A stretch of DNA of 64,000 nucleotides, taken from NCBI GenBank assembly GCA_014799685.1, contig JAAVHN010000018.1, positions 85,857 to 149,856 of the forward strand. Reading direction: 5' to 3'. This stretch comes from Subdoligranulum sp. GTDB taxonomy: Bacteria; Bacillota; Clostridia; Oscillospirales; Ruminococcaceae. Position numbers and translations under genes: made by a program. Under the pieces are notes generated by a model that saw only the letters and a list, made by a program, of their open reading frames with translations, was not told the DNA's origin and did no database searches. Positions 9,750-19,007 of the stretch are shown piece after piece (position 1 is the first letter of the stretch; every line of letters starts with the position of its first letter).

Positions 9750-10121
9750 ATGATGCCCGGGGGTGATATTTTGCCAGAAAAAGATCGTGCATTGATAAAA
9801 GCGATCGGCAAACGTGTTGCATTACGTCGGCGAGAATTAAAGCTGACGCAAGAGCAACTTGCCGAACGCGCGAATCTTTCTCAGCAATATATCGCATCTC
9901 TGGAGTGCGGTATCAGGGGACTTGGTGCGGAGAGCATTATTAAGCTTTCAAGAGCATTGCAGGTAAGCGCAGACTATCTCTTATTCGGGATCGAAAACAG
10001 TGAAGAATTCCGACGGTTTGACGATATGATCCGGCCGCTCAGCGCAAAGGAGCTGCTTGCACTTGAAGAAGTGATACAAGCATTTCTGAAAGTATGTGGA
10101 AATTCGGAGCGGGATAATTGA
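9750..10121 (+). CDS. XRE family HTH transcriptional regulator (copy 1 of a tandem pair)
   Basis: 123 aa: LTQEQLAERANLSQQYIASLECGIRGLGAESIIKLSRALQVSADYLLFG, plus a C-terminal helical extension. An alternative TTG start at 9771 follows GGGGGTG. Confidence 0.8.
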   Translation: MMPGGDILPEKDRALIKAIGKRVALRRRELKLTQEQLAERANLSQQYIASLECGIRGLGAESIIKLSRALQVSADYLLFGIENSEEFRRFDDMIRPLSAKELLALEEVIQAFLKVCGNSERDN

Positions 10122-10153
10122 TCGTTGTACGACCGCGATACTTATAAGAAAAA

Positions 10154-10522
10154 ATGCTGCTCGGATGTGATATTTTGTCAGAAAAAGACAGAGCGTTAAT
10201 CAAAGAAATCGGCCAGCGTGTGCAATCTCGCCGGCGGCAATTGCGGTTGACGCAGGATGAATTAGCCGAACGCGCAAATCTTTCTTCGCAATATGTTGGC
10301 TGTGTAGAGAGCGGCCTTAAAGGACTTCGCGAGGAGACCATCATAAAACTCTCAAAAGCGTTACAGGTAAGCGCAGACTACATCCTGTTCGGCACGGCCG
10401 GCGGCGAGGATTACCGCCAGTTTGACGATATGATCCGGCCGCTCAGCGGAAAAGAATTGCTTGGGCTGGAAGAAATGGTAAAAGTTTATCTGATGGCTTG
10501 CGGCCATGCGGAATGGGACTGA
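10154..10522 (+). CDS. XRE family HTH transcriptional regulator (copy 2, paralog of copy 1)
   Basis: 122 aa, colinear with copy 1 (DILSEKDRALIKEIGQRV...LTQDELAERANLSSQYVGCVESGLKGL...FDDMIRPLSGKELLGLEE). An alternative TTG start lies at 10175. Confidence 0.8.
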   Translation: MLLGCDILSEKDRALIKEIGQRVQSRRRQLRLTQDELAERANLSSQYVGCVESGLKGLREETIIKLSKALQVSADYILFGTAGGEDYRQFDDMIRPLSGKELLGLEEMVKVYLMACGHAEWD

Positions 10523-10554
10523 TTTTTACAGAAAGCGATACCCATAAAATGGAA

Positions 10555-10600
10555 GAGCCGGCGGCTGCCCCTGATGCAGCTTGCCGGCTCATTGTTTTTT
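10555..10600 (+). terminator. rho-independent terminator after the XRE pair
   Basis: GAGCCGGC (10555-10562) pairs with GCCGGCTC (10583-10590), followed by ATTGTTTTTT. Confidence 0.6.
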
Positions 10601-10694
10601 GCCGCGAGGTGCCGCCCATAAAAATGGGCCGGCTGCTTTTTTTGCCCGCGCCCGTCCTGTGTCCGCCGATTTCTTGCGCCGGTTTCTCACGCGG

Positions 10695-10774
10695 GTTTCC
10701 GGCAAACTTCACACACGTTTCCGGCAAACTTCACACACGTTTCCGGCAAACTTCACACGCGTTTCCGGCAAACC
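10695..10774. repeat. 22-bp direct tandem repeat, 3.6 copies
   Basis: GTTTCCGGCAAACTTCACACAC occurs at 10695, 10717 and 10739 (one A-to-G change), with a partial fourth copy at 10761-10774. It lies about 130 nt upstream of ilvD. Confidence 0.9.
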
Positions 10775-10903
10775 ATTGTTTTTTGGCCGGTTTGATTGCG
10801 GTTTCGTGCCAACTGTGATACAATAAATTCAACAAAACCGATCCGGGTGCCGCGGGAATGCCGCGCCGTATCCGGCGATCAACCGGGGAGAGGGGTTTTT
10901 ATC

Positions 10904-12571
10904 ATGCAGCGTATCAGTGAATCCGTAGTCAGGGGCGCGGAGCGCGCGCCGAACCGCAGCCTGTTTTATGCGCTTGGGTATACCGACGAGGAGTTGGAGC
11001 GGCCGCTCATCGGCGTCGTCAGCGCCCACAGCGAGATCGTGCCCGGCCACGCCCATCTGGACAAGCTCGCCGACGCCGTCAAGGACGGCGTTCGCATGGC
11101 GGGCGGCACGCCCGTGCTCGTGCCCGCCATCGGTGTGTGCGACGGCATCGCGATGGGCCACATCGGCATGAAGTATTCCCTGCCCAGCCGCGAGCTCATC
11201 TGCGACAGCGTGGAGACGATGGCCCGCGCGCACGCGTTCGACGGCCTGGTGCTTGTGCCGAACTGCGACAAAATCGTGCCCGGCATGCTGATGGCCGCCG
11301 CGCGGCTGAACATCCCGTCCATCGTGGTGAGCGGCGGGCCGATGCTCTCGGGCCGGCAGGGCACGCGCCACGTCTCGCTTTCCCAAATGTTCGAGGCCGT
11401 CGGCAGCTACAAAGCCGGCCTCATCGGCGGCGACGTGCTGGACGATTACACCAAAAACACCTGCCCCGGCTGCGGCAGCTGCTCGGGCATGTACACCGCC
11501 AACAGCATGAACTGCCTGTGCGAGGCCATCGGCATGGCGCTGCCCGGCAACGGCACCATTCCCGCCGTATACGCCGCGCGCACGCAGCTGGCAAAGCACG
11601 CGGGCATGCGCATCATGGATTTGGTGGAAAAGAACATCCGCCCGCGCGACATCTTAACGCCCGCCGCGTTCAAAAACGCGCTGGCGACGGATATGGCGCT
11701 GGGCTGCAGCACCAACAGCGTGCTGCACCTGCTGGCCATCGCGAACGAGGCCGGCGTGCCCATGAGCCTTACCACGTTCAACGAGATGAGCGCAAAGGTG
11801 CCGAACTTCTGCCACCTTGCGCCCGCCGGCCCCACGCATATGGAAGACCTCTACGCCGCGGGCGGCGTGCCCGCCGTAATGGCGCAGCTGGCCGGGCTGG
11901 GCCTGCTGGATACCACGCTGCCCACCGTGACGGGCAAAACCGTGGGCGAAAACCTCGCCGGGGCGCAGAACAAAAACCCGGACGCCATCCGGCCCATCGA
12001 CAACCCTTACAGCACCACGGGCGGCATCGCCATTTTGTGGGGCAACATCGCCGAGGACGGCTGCGTCGTAAAGCGCAGCGCCGTCGCGCCCGAGATGCTG
12101 GTGCACAGCGGCCCGGCGCGCGTATTTGACGGCGAGGAGAGCGCCATCGACGCCATCTACAACGGCCGCATCCAGCCGGGCGACGTGGTCGTCATCCGGT
12201 ACGAGGGCCCCGTGGGCGGCCCGGGCATGCGCGAAATGCTCAACCCCACCAGCGCGCTGGCCGGCATGCAGCTGGATAAATCCGTCGCGCTCATCACCGA
12301 CGGGCGCTTCTCGGGCGCGTCGCGCGGTGCGTCCATCGGCCACGTCGCGCCCGAGGCCGCCGCGGGCGGCGCGATCGGGCTGATCGAAGAGGGCGACATC
12401 ATCGAGATCGACATCCCCGCCGGCAAGCTGAACGCGCGCGTGAGCGACGAGATGCTGGCCGCGCGCCGCGCAAACTGGACGGCCCCCGCCTCCAAGGCAC
12501 CCGCGGGCTGGCTGGCGCGCTACGCGAAGCTCGTATCCGGCGCCAACGAGGGCGCGGTGATGAAGCAGTAA
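10904..12571 (+). CDS. ilvD: dihydroxy-acid dehydratase
   Basis: [49 protein letters not shown]...[12 protein letters not shown]...[17 protein letters not shown]... ATG 10904 follows GGGGAGAGGGG. The upstream part of ORF 10796-12571 is non-coding. Confidence 0.95.
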   Translation: MQRISESVVRGAERAPNRSLFYALGYTDEELERPLIGVVSAHSEIVPGHAHLDKLADAVKDGVRMAGGTPVLVPAIGVCDGIAMGHIGMKYSLPSRELICDSVETMARAHAFDGLVLVPNCDKIVPGMLMAAARLNIPSIVVSGGPMLSGRQGTRHVSLSQMFEAVGSYKAGLIGGDVLDDYTKNTCPGCGSCSGMYTANSMNCLCEAIGMALPGNGTIPAVYAARTQLAKHAGMRIMDLVEKNIRPRDILTPAAFKNALATDMALGCSTNSVLHLLAIANEAGVPMSLTTFNEMSAKVPNFCHLAPAGPTHMEDLYAAGGVPAVMAQLAGLGLLDTTLPTVTGKTVGENLAGAQNKNPDAIRPIDNPYSTTGGIAILWGNIAEDGCVVKRSAVAPEMLVHSGPARVFDGEESAIDAIYNGRIQPGDVVVIRYEGPVGGPGMREMLNPTSALAGMQLDKSVALITDGRFSGASRGASIGHVAPEAAAGGAIGLIEEGDIIEIDIPAGKLNARVSDEMLAARRANWTAPASKAPAGWLARYAKLVSGANEGAVMKQ

Positions 12572-12576
12572 AGGGC

Positions 12577-12837
12577 GGCAGAGCAAGCGTTTTCCGGGCG
12601 ACAGAACAAACGCCACCCCGCCCGCGCAAGAGTGTTTCCCCGGGGGGTGGCGGGTGTTTGTGCCGTGCAGGGAGGCGTGGGCCCGTGGGAGCCCGGAAAA
12701 AGCACCGGCGAAGCCTTGGAGCCGGTGCCCGGGCGGACGCGGGGCGCCCGCGCCGACCAAACGGCACAAATACCCTGCCGGACCCGCCCGGCAGAGCAAG
12801 CGTTCCCCGGGCGGCAGAACAAGCGTTTCCCCGCCCG
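12577..12837. repeat. two 48-nt direct repeats (about 85% identical) flanking a 165-nt spacer
   Basis: 12577-12624 is GGCAGAGCAAGCGTTTTCCGGGCGACAGAACAAACGCCACCCCGCCCG. 12790-12837 is GGCAGAGCAAGCGTTCCCCGGGCGGCAGAACAAGCGTTTCCCCGCCCG. Each copy is itself two roughly 23-nt GGCAGARCAAGCGTT subunits. Confidence 0.8.
12611..12662 (+). terminator. possible terminator after ilvD
   Basis: CGCCACCCC (12611-12619) pairs with GGGGTGGCG (12644-12652), then GGTGTTTGTG. The loop is long and the U-tract weak. Confidence 0.35.
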
Positions 12838-12874
12838 TCACGATAATTTGTAATTGAAAAGGGGGTTCCCCACC

Positions 12875-14374
12875 ATGCCTGCGCACGAAACACAGGGAGA
12901 AGCGCTCTCCCGCCGCAACCTCTGGGCGTATCCGGCCGGGACGATCGGCCGCGATATGGCCTTCTGCATGTTCAACAACTACCTGCTCACATATGTGCTG
13001 TTCACCAAGACGCTCACAGCCGCGCAGTTCGCATGTATCAGCGCCGTCATGGTGGCGGCGCGCATCTTCGACGCGTTCAACGACCCCATCATGGGCAACA
13101 TCATCGAGGCGACGCGCACGCGCTGGGGCAAATTCAAGCCCTGGATCGCCATCGGCGGCCTTTTGAGCATCATCGTGTTCATCACGTCGTTTTCCACCAC
13201 GCTGCAGGGCTGGAGCTATGTGGCGGTGTTCGGCGTGCTGTATTTTGCCTACAGCATTACATATACGATGAACGACATCGCCTATTGGGGCATGGTGCCG
13301 TCGCTTGCGCGCCGCGCGGACGACCGCAACCGCCTTACCTCCCGCACGGTGCTGTTCGCGGGCGTGGGGCAGTTTTTGGGCGGCGTCGTCGTGCCCACGT
13401 TCACGGCGGGCAGCCTTGTCATCGGCGGCAACGCCGTCACGGCGTACCGCGTGGTGGTGTGGATGGTGTGCGCCCTGTTCGCGGGCACGCAGCTCATCAC
13501 GCTGCTTGCGGTGCGCGAGCCGGTGCACGGCGATGAGCCGCCCGCCGAAAAGGTCAGCCTGAAAAAGACGGTTGCCGTCATTGCCCGCAACGATCAGCTG
13601 GTTTGGTGCGCGGTGATTTTTCTGATTTTCTCCGTGGCGCAGACGCTGATGGGCGCGGGCCTCTCGGTGACGTACCTCTATTTTGAATTCGGCTACAACG
13701 GCCTGCTGCTCTCGATCTTCAGCATCCTCGGCAACCTGGCCGCCGCGGTGCTGATGATCGTGTTCGCGGGGCTCTCGAACCGCTTTTCGCGCGCGCAGCT
13801 CGTGCGCACAGGCGCGTTTGCGTCGGCGGCGGGCTATGGTGGCATTCTGCTCTGCGGGCTTGTGATCCCGCGCGAACTGTGGCTGTTCAAGTTTGCGATG
13901 CTCACCGTCAGCAACCTGTTTGCGATGCTGGGGCAGACGCTTGTCTATCTGATCCTGATCATCTGCATCGCCAACACCATTGAGTACAACGAGTGGAAAA
14001 CGGGCCGCCGCGAGGAGGGCATCGTGTTTTCCGTGCGCCCGTTCATCACGAAATTCGCCAGCGCGCTGGTGCAGCTGATGGTGCTGATCATTTATCTCGC
14101 CGTGGGCGTGCGCAGCGTGACGAACCGCATCTCGGACCTCGAAAACGCAGCCTCGCAGGGCGCGATCTCCGTGGCGGAAAAGACGGCGCAGATCGAAAGC
14201 GTGCTGCAGGGCGTGCCGGGCGGCCAGAGCGCGGCGCTGCTTGTCTGCATGACGCTGATCCCGGCGGCGCTGCTGCTGATCTCTTACGGCATCTACCGCA
14301 AAAAATACACCATCACCGAGGAAGCCTACGAGCAGATGACCCGCGAGATTGCCGCCCGGCACGCCGCGGAATGA
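12875..14374 (+). CDS. glycoside-pentoside-hexuronide (GPH):cation symporter family MFS transporter
   Basis: MPAHETQGEALSRRNLWAYPAGTIGRDMAF...RIFDAFNDPIMGNIIEATRTRWGKFKPWI... with about 12 TM segments, the MelB/YicJ/XynP signature. ATG 12875 follows AAAGGGGG. Confidence 0.85.
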   Translation: MPAHETQGEALSRRNLWAYPAGTIGRDMAFCMFNNYLLTYVLFTKTLTAAQFACISAVMVAARIFDAFNDPIMGNIIEATRTRWGKFKPWIAIGGLLSIIVFITSFSTTLQGWSYVAVFGVLYFAYSITYTMNDIAYWGMVPSLARRADDRNRLTSRTVLFAGVGQFLGGVVVPTFTAGSLVIGGNAVTAYRVVVWMVCALFAGTQLITLLAVREPVHGDEPPAEKVSLKKTVAVIARNDQLVWCAVIFLIFSVAQTLMGAGLSVTYLYFEFGYNGLLLSIFSILGNLAAAVLMIVFAGLSNRFSRAQLVRTGAFASAAGYGGILLCGLVIPRELWLFKFAMLTVSNLFAMLGQTLVYLILIICIANTIEYNEWKTGRREEGIVFSVRPFITKFASALVQLMVLIIYLAVGVRSVTNRISDLENAASQGAISVAEKTAQIESVLQGVPGGQSAALLVCMTLIPAALLLISYGIYRKKYTITEEAYEQMTREIAARHAAE

Positions 14375-14461
14375 TCTTCTGCCCGGCGCGTTTCGTCTGA
14401 AAAAACGCGTCAAGAACACATCAAGAACACATATTGACAGGATGAAAGAAAGGAGCACCCC

Positions 14462-15472
14462 ATGAAAGGAAAAAGCTGGCAGACTTTGCTGTCGATTGGC
14501 GTCATCGCCGCGGCGGCGGATATCGCGGCGGCAGAGGTGTTTTATCGCTTTGCCCTCACGCAGAAAATGGATAAGAGCGTCGCGTTCAATGCGCCGCATA
14601 ACCGCCCCACACTGCAAACCGGCAAGACGCCGCGGGACGATAAGGCCTGGCTGCGTGCGCTGCCGCATACGGATTGGCTGATGGTATCCGAGGACGGGCT
14701 GCGCTTGCACGCAATATGCGTGGAGACACAGCCCGGCGCCCCGTGGGCGGTGCTTTGCCACGGCTATACGGGCAAATGCGTGGATATGGCCGAATTCGCG
14801 CGCGAATTTTATGCCGCAGGCTTCAACCTGCTTTTGCCGGACGCGCGCGGCCACGGCCAGAGCGAGGGCGGCTATATCGGCATGGGCTGGCCCGAGCGGC
14901 GCGACGTCTGCGGCTGGGTAAACCGCATCAACGAGCGCTGCGGCGCGCCCGACATCGTGCTGATGGGCGTCTCGATGGGCGGCGCCACCGTGATGATGAC
15001 ATCGGGCGAGGCGCTGCCCGAAAACGTGCGCGCCATCGTGGAGGACTGCGGCTACACCTCGGCGTGGGACGAATTCCGCTATCAGATGAAGCGCACGTTC
15101 AGCGTGCCGCCGTTCCCCGTGCTGTATACCACCGACGCGCTGCTGCGCCGCCGGGCCGGCTTTTCGATGCGCGAGGCAAGCGCCGTGCAGCAGCTGAAAA
15201 AATGCCGCACGCCGATGCTGTTCATCCACGGCGGAAAAGACGCGTTCGTGCCGTTTGAAATGCTGAACCGGGTGTATGCCGCCGCAAGCTGCCCGAAGGA
15301 GCTGTACATCGTACCCGAGGCCGGCCACGCCGAATCGCGCGCCGCAAACCCTGAGCGCTACTGGCAGCGCGTGTTCGGCTTTTTGAACCGCTGGATGACG
15401 CTGCCCGACGCCGCGCAAATATGGACGGATGCGGCGCAGGGCCCGGAGCACACCGGGGAAAGCCCTGAATAA
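14462..15472 (+). CDS. alpha/beta hydrolase with N-terminal membrane anchor
   Basis: 336 aa. Anchor LLSIGVIAAAADIAAA, HGYTG oxyanion region, GVSMGG nucleophile elbow, and a late HGGKD...GH. RBS GAAAGGAG. Confidence 0.8.
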   Translation: MKGKSWQTLLSIGVIAAAADIAAAEVFYRFALTQKMDKSVAFNAPHNRPTLQTGKTPRDDKAWLRALPHTDWLMVSEDGLRLHAICVETQPGAPWAVLCHGYTGKCVDMAEFAREFYAAGFNLLLPDARGHGQSEGGYIGMGWPERRDVCGWVNRINERCGAPDIVLMGVSMGGATVMMTSGEALPENVRAIVEDCGYTSAWDEFRYQMKRTFSVPPFPVLYTTDALLRRRAGFSMREASAVQQLKKCRTPMLFIHGGKDAFVPFEMLNRVYAAASCPKELYIVPEAGHAESRAANPERYWQRVFGFLNRWMTLPDAAQIWTDAAQGPEHTGESPE

Positions 15473-15651
15473 ACCCGAATTTACATCCTCAATTTTACGG
15501 TGGGCGGGTTTCTCCGGTTTTCCGTTGCCGCCGCGTCGAGGGGGATTTTTTCTTCCTGCTGCAATTTATCCCCGTATTGGACATCATCAGCGCTGCGTAC
15601 CTCCTGCGCCGCTATCCCGCACCGGATCCGGATCTGGGAAATTAAAAAAAC

Positions 15652-15713
15652 AAAACGGAGCCCCGGAACCCGCCGCCGCTTATGGCCGGCCTGTTCCGGG
15701 GCTTTTCCGTTTT
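15652..15713. terminator. strong bidirectional-looking hairpin terminator
   Basis: AAAACGGAGCCCCGGAAC ... GTTCCGGGGCTTTTCCGTTTTT, with an A-run on the 5' side and a T-run on the 3' side. Confidence 0.55.
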
Positions 15714-15922
15714 TACATTTTTCGGAAACCTCTCACTCCGGCGCTTTGGCGGGTTCTTTGGGGAAGCCCGCCAAACAGAGCCCCCACCCCCCAAAAAAGA
15801 AATTTTTTCGAAAACCACAGAAAAAAACCTGTTTTTTCCCTCTTGAAGCCTTTTTTTGTCATGGGCTTTGTGCTATATTAGGATAGGTGTATTTTATCAT
15901 TTTGCGAAAGGGGGCGGATGGA

Positions 15923-17188
15923 ATGGAAGTGGATATCATGCTGCCGGGGCCGGTGCGCGGCATTTTGTCAACGCTGCAGCAGCAGGGCCATTCGGCGTTC
16001 GCCGTGGGCGGCTGCGTGCGGGACAGTCTGCTCGGCCGCCCGCCCTGCGATTGGGACGTCTGCACCTCCGCCCGCCCGGGCGAGATCCAGGCCGCGTTCC
16101 CCGGCAAGTGCCTGTCCGCACCCGGCGTGCGCCACGGCACAATCACCGTCCTTTTGGAGCATACCCCCTATGAGGTGACCACCTTCCGCACCGACGGCGC
16201 GTATTCCGACCACCGCCACCCCGACGGCGTGCGCTTTGTGCGCAGCGTGTCGGAGGATCTGGCGCGCCGCGATTTCACCGTAAACGCCATGGCCTACTCC
16301 CCCGCCTCCGGCCTCATCGATCCGTTCGGCGGCGCGCGGGACCTGGCCGCCAAACGCCTGCGCTGCGTGGGCGACCCCGTGCGGCGCTTTTCCGAGGACG
16401 CGCTGCGCATCCTGCGCATGACGCGCTTTGCCGCATCGATGGGCTTTTCCATCGAGCAGCGCACCGAGGCCGCCGCGCTGCAGCAATGCGAGGTACTGGC
16501 GCAGCTTTCGGTGGAACGCTGCCGGGATGAGTTTTGCAAGATGCTCTCCGGCCGCTGGGCGCCTCGTGTACTGCACGGGCAGCGCGCGCTGTTCCTGCCG
16601 CTGCTGCCCAGCGCCGCCAAAACGTCCGAGCGCGCATGGGAGGAAGCCGTCAGCGCCATTGCCGCCGCGCCGGGCGAGCTGGGCATCCGCTTCGGCATTT
16701 TGTGCCGCGTGGTATCACCCGCGCATCTGGCGCCCCTGTGCCCGGACGCAAAAACGGCGCAGACAGCCGCGCTGCTGGCCGAATATGCCGAGGACCCCCT
16801 GCGGGCGCTGCCCTCGATGGTGCGGCGCTGGCTGCACCGCCTTGGCGCCGAAACGCTGCAGCGCCTTATCTGCCTGCAGGCCGCTTTTGCCGCCGCCAGG
16901 GGCGACAGCGCAAAGCAGGTTGAACTCGTGGAATTTGCCGAGCTGCTGCGCCGCGCGTTGGAAAGCGGCGCGTGCTGGCAGCGCGCACAGCTTGCGGTAA
17001 ACGGCGCCGACGCGCTCGAAGCCGGCATTCCGGAGGGCGAGGAAGTGGGCGCCGCGCTGAAGGCGCTGCTGGAACGCGTGATCGACGGCACGCTGCCCAA
17101 CGAACGCGGCGTGCTGCTGGAGCAGCTGGCCGCCTGGCGCGCGAACGCCGGCTGCGAGCAGTGCACGATCCCGGCCGAAAAAGCTTGA
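15923..17188 (+). CDS. cca: CCA-adding tRNA nucleotidyltransferase
   Basis: [48 protein letters not shown]...[11 protein letters not shown]..., the poly(A) polymerase/CCA family head domain. ATG 15923 follows AAAGGGGG. Confidence 0.9.
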   Translation: MEVDIMLPGPVRGILSTLQQQGHSAFAVGGCVRDSLLGRPPCDWDVCTSARPGEIQAAFPGKCLSAPGVRHGTITVLLEHTPYEVTTFRTDGAYSDHRHPDGVRFVRSVSEDLARRDFTVNAMAYSPASGLIDPFGGARDLAAKRLRCVGDPVRRFSEDALRILRMTRFAASMGFSIEQRTEAAALQQCEVLAQLSVERCRDEFCKMLSGRWAPRVLHGQRALFLPLLPSAAKTSERAWEEAVSAIAAAPGELGIRFGILCRVVSPAHLAPLCPDAKTAQTAALLAEYAEDPLRALPSMVRRWLHRLGAETLQRLICLQAAFAAARGDSAKQVELVEFAELLRRALESGACWQRAQLAVNGADALEAGIPEGEEVGAALKALLERVIDGTLPNERGVLLEQLAAWRANAGCEQCTIPAEKA

Positions 17189-17508
17189 AGACAAAAAGCC
17201 CGAGGCCGAAAAAGCTTGAAATGCCGCCGGGCTCCGGCTCGTTTTATAAAGACAGAGGATTTGGAAAAACGGCTTTTTATCCGCCGGGGCAAGTTCTGCA
17301 TATTCTGAAACAGGCTTTGCCAAAGGGGCGCAATGGGGCTCTGCAAATGCGAGGATCTCCCAAACGGGTATGGCGCAATCCCCAAAGCAGCCCGGCAAAT
17401 CAAATCCTCAAAGCAGACCAACAGACGGATGAAATCCCAGGCTATTTGCCCAAAGCCCCAACCGATTTCCCAATTCAATTTTTACTGCAACAGAGAGGAG
17501 AACCGCCT

Positions 17509-18648
17509 GTGCTGCACACAAACACAGTGGCCGCCGTGATCGTGGCGGCGGGCGCGTCGCGCCGGATGGGCTTTGATAAGCTGTCCTATCCGCTTTGCGG
17601 CGGCACGGTGCTGGAATACAGCGTGCGCGCGTTCGATGCGCACCCGATGATCGACGAGATCATCCTCGTCACAGGGGAAAACACGGCCGCCGCAAAAGCC
17701 GCCGCAAAAAACTGCGCAAAGCCCGTGCAGCTTGTGCCCGGCGGCGCCACGCGCGTGCAGAGCGTGTGTGCGGGCCTTGCCGCCGTGCACAGCGATTATG
17801 TCGCCATCCACGACGCAGCCCGGCCGTTCGTCTCCCCGCAGGTGATTGCCGGTGCGCTCGAGGCGGCATATGAAACAGGCGCCGCCGCCCCCGCCGTGCC
17901 GGTGAAAGATACGATCAAGCGCGCGGAAAACGCCGTCGTGACAGAGACGCCGCCGCGCGAAGCGCTGTTCGCCGTACAAACGCCGCAGTGCTTTCGCACG
18001 GCGCTCTATCGCGAAGTGCTCTCCGGCGGCGTGCCGGACGATGCGACGGACGACTGTTCTCTGTTCGAGCGCGCGGGCCTGCCCGTGCGGCTCACGCAGG
18101 GCGATTACGCCAATTACAAGATCACGACGCGCGAGGATTTGCCCGCGCAAAAAAAGGGAGGGAACGCGATGCGCATCGGACACGGCTACGACGTGCACCG
18201 GCTGGTGACGGGGCGCGCGCTGATTTTAGGCGGCGTCACGATCCCCTGCGAAAAAGGGCTGCTCGGCCATTCGGACGCGGACGTATTGACGCACGCCGTG
18301 ATGGACGCGCTGCTGGGCGCAGCCGCGCTGGGCGATATCGGGGGGCTCTTCCCCGACACCGACCCCGCCTACGCGGGCGCGGACAGCACCGGCCTCTTGC
18401 GCGAGGTGCGCCGCGTGCTGGCGCAAAACGGCTGGGCCGTCGAAAACCTCGACGCAACCGTGCTGTGCCAGGCGCCGAAGCTGGCCCCGCACATCGCCGC
18501 CATGCGCGAAAATCTGGCGGCCGCGCTGGAAATGCCCTTTGCGGACGTCTCGGTAAAGGCCACCACCGAGGAAAAGCTGGGCTTTACCGGAAGCGGCGAG
18601 GGCATCGCCGCCCACTGCGTATGCCTGCTGCGCCGCGCCGGGGCATAA
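17509..18648 (+). CDS. ispDF: bifunctional 2-C-methyl-D-erythritol 4-phosphate cytidylyltransferase / 2-C-methyl-D-erythritol 2,4-cyclodiphosphate synthase (IspD-IspF fusion)
   Basis: GTG 17509 follows AGAGGAG. IspD part: [19 protein letters not shown]...[10 protein letters not shown]. It continues without a stop through ...PAQKKGGNA into the IspF part: [12 protein letters not shown]...[26 protein letters not shown]. The upstream 537 nt of ORF 16972-18648 is artefact. Confidence 0.9.
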   Translation: MLHTNTVAAVIVAAGASRRMGFDKLSYPLCGGTVLEYSVRAFDAHPMIDEIILVTGENTAAAKAAAKNCAKPVQLVPGGATRVQSVCAGLAAVHSDYVAIHDAARPFVSPQVIAGALEAAYETGAAAPAVPVKDTIKRAENAVVTETPPREALFAVQTPQCFRTALYREVLSGGVPDDATDDCSLFERAGLPVRLTQGDYANYKITTREDLPAQKKGGNAMRIGHGYDVHRLVTGRALILGGVTIPCEKGLLGHSDADVLTHAVMDALLGAAALGDIGGLFPDTDPAYAGADSTGLLREVRRVLAQNGWAVENLDATVLCQAPKLAPHIAAMRENLAAALEMPFADVSVKATTEEKLGFTGSGEGIAAHCVCLLRRAGA

Positions 18649-18856
18649 AGCTTTTTCTTAAAATAATTCATCATGCGCAATATACACCATTCAGCCCCGG
18701 CCCCCCGCAAACCATGCATTATGAATTGTGAATTTAAAAACCCCGGCCGCCATCGGTACAACCTCTAAAATCCATTCGGAACAAAAAGAGATTTTGTCGC
18801 ATCTGATGAAATTCATCCCCGGGGCCGCAGGATGCAATTTCCTGCCGAAATTTTCT

Positions 18857-18885
18857 TTTGCGCAAAGCGGGAAGTGTGGTATACT
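18857..18885 (+). promoter_or_regulatory. candidate extended -10 promoter upstream of cdaA
   Basis: TGTGGTATACT (TGn + TATACT at 18880-18885) with a weak -35 (TTTGCG). The same GTGGTATACTGT core recurs upstream of fbp at 44676-44687. Confidence 0.3.
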
Positions 18886-19007
18886 GTTATTATACATATC
18901 TACCCGCCGTCATAAACCATGCATGGCAAAGCATGCACGGTTCCCGATACAAAACGAACCATGGGCAGCATCCCCGCACGCGGGGTGCAGAATGGAGGCA
19001 TCGCATC

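Noticed and set aside
9743-9775. TTGACA at 9743-9748 as the promoter of XRE copy 1
   Set aside because: It sits only 2 nt before the annotated ATG, so it is incompatible with that start. It could only work with the alternative TTG start or a leaderless mRNA, which I cannot decide from sequence alone.
10695-10774. CRISPR array (also considered for 32621-32725, 36645-36800 and 63534-63733)
   Set aside because: The repeats are directly abutting, with no unique spacers. Unit lengths (7, 22, 26 and 66 nt) and the absence of cas genes do not fit CRISPR.
11654-15451. 1265-aa ORF on the minus strand, the longest ORF in the track
   Set aside because: It runs antisense to three well-supported genes (ilvD, GPH transporter, alpha/beta hydrolase). 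Its Arg/Ala/Gly/His-rich composition has no domain signature and is typical of stop-poor antisense frames in high-GC DNA.
15480-15650. 30-aa Lys/Arg-rich minus-strand mini-ORF (MMSNTGINCSRKKKSPSTRRQRKTGETRPP) after an AGGAGG
   Set aside because: The SD spacing of 12 nt is poor. The only nearby terminator lies upstream rather than downstream of it. Nothing supports it beyond the existence of the ORF.
16972-17508. N-terminal 179-aa extension of the ispDF ORF
   Set aside because: It overlaps the cca 3' end and a repeat-rich spacer. IspD homology begins only at GTG 17509, which has a good RBS.
18649-19007. Riboswitch (for example the c-di-AMP/ydaO class) in the 359-nt spacer upstream of cdaA
   Set aside because: I could not recognise any conserved riboswitch core. 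The spacer contains only the AATTCAY repeat/inverted repeat and a candidate extended -10 promoter.
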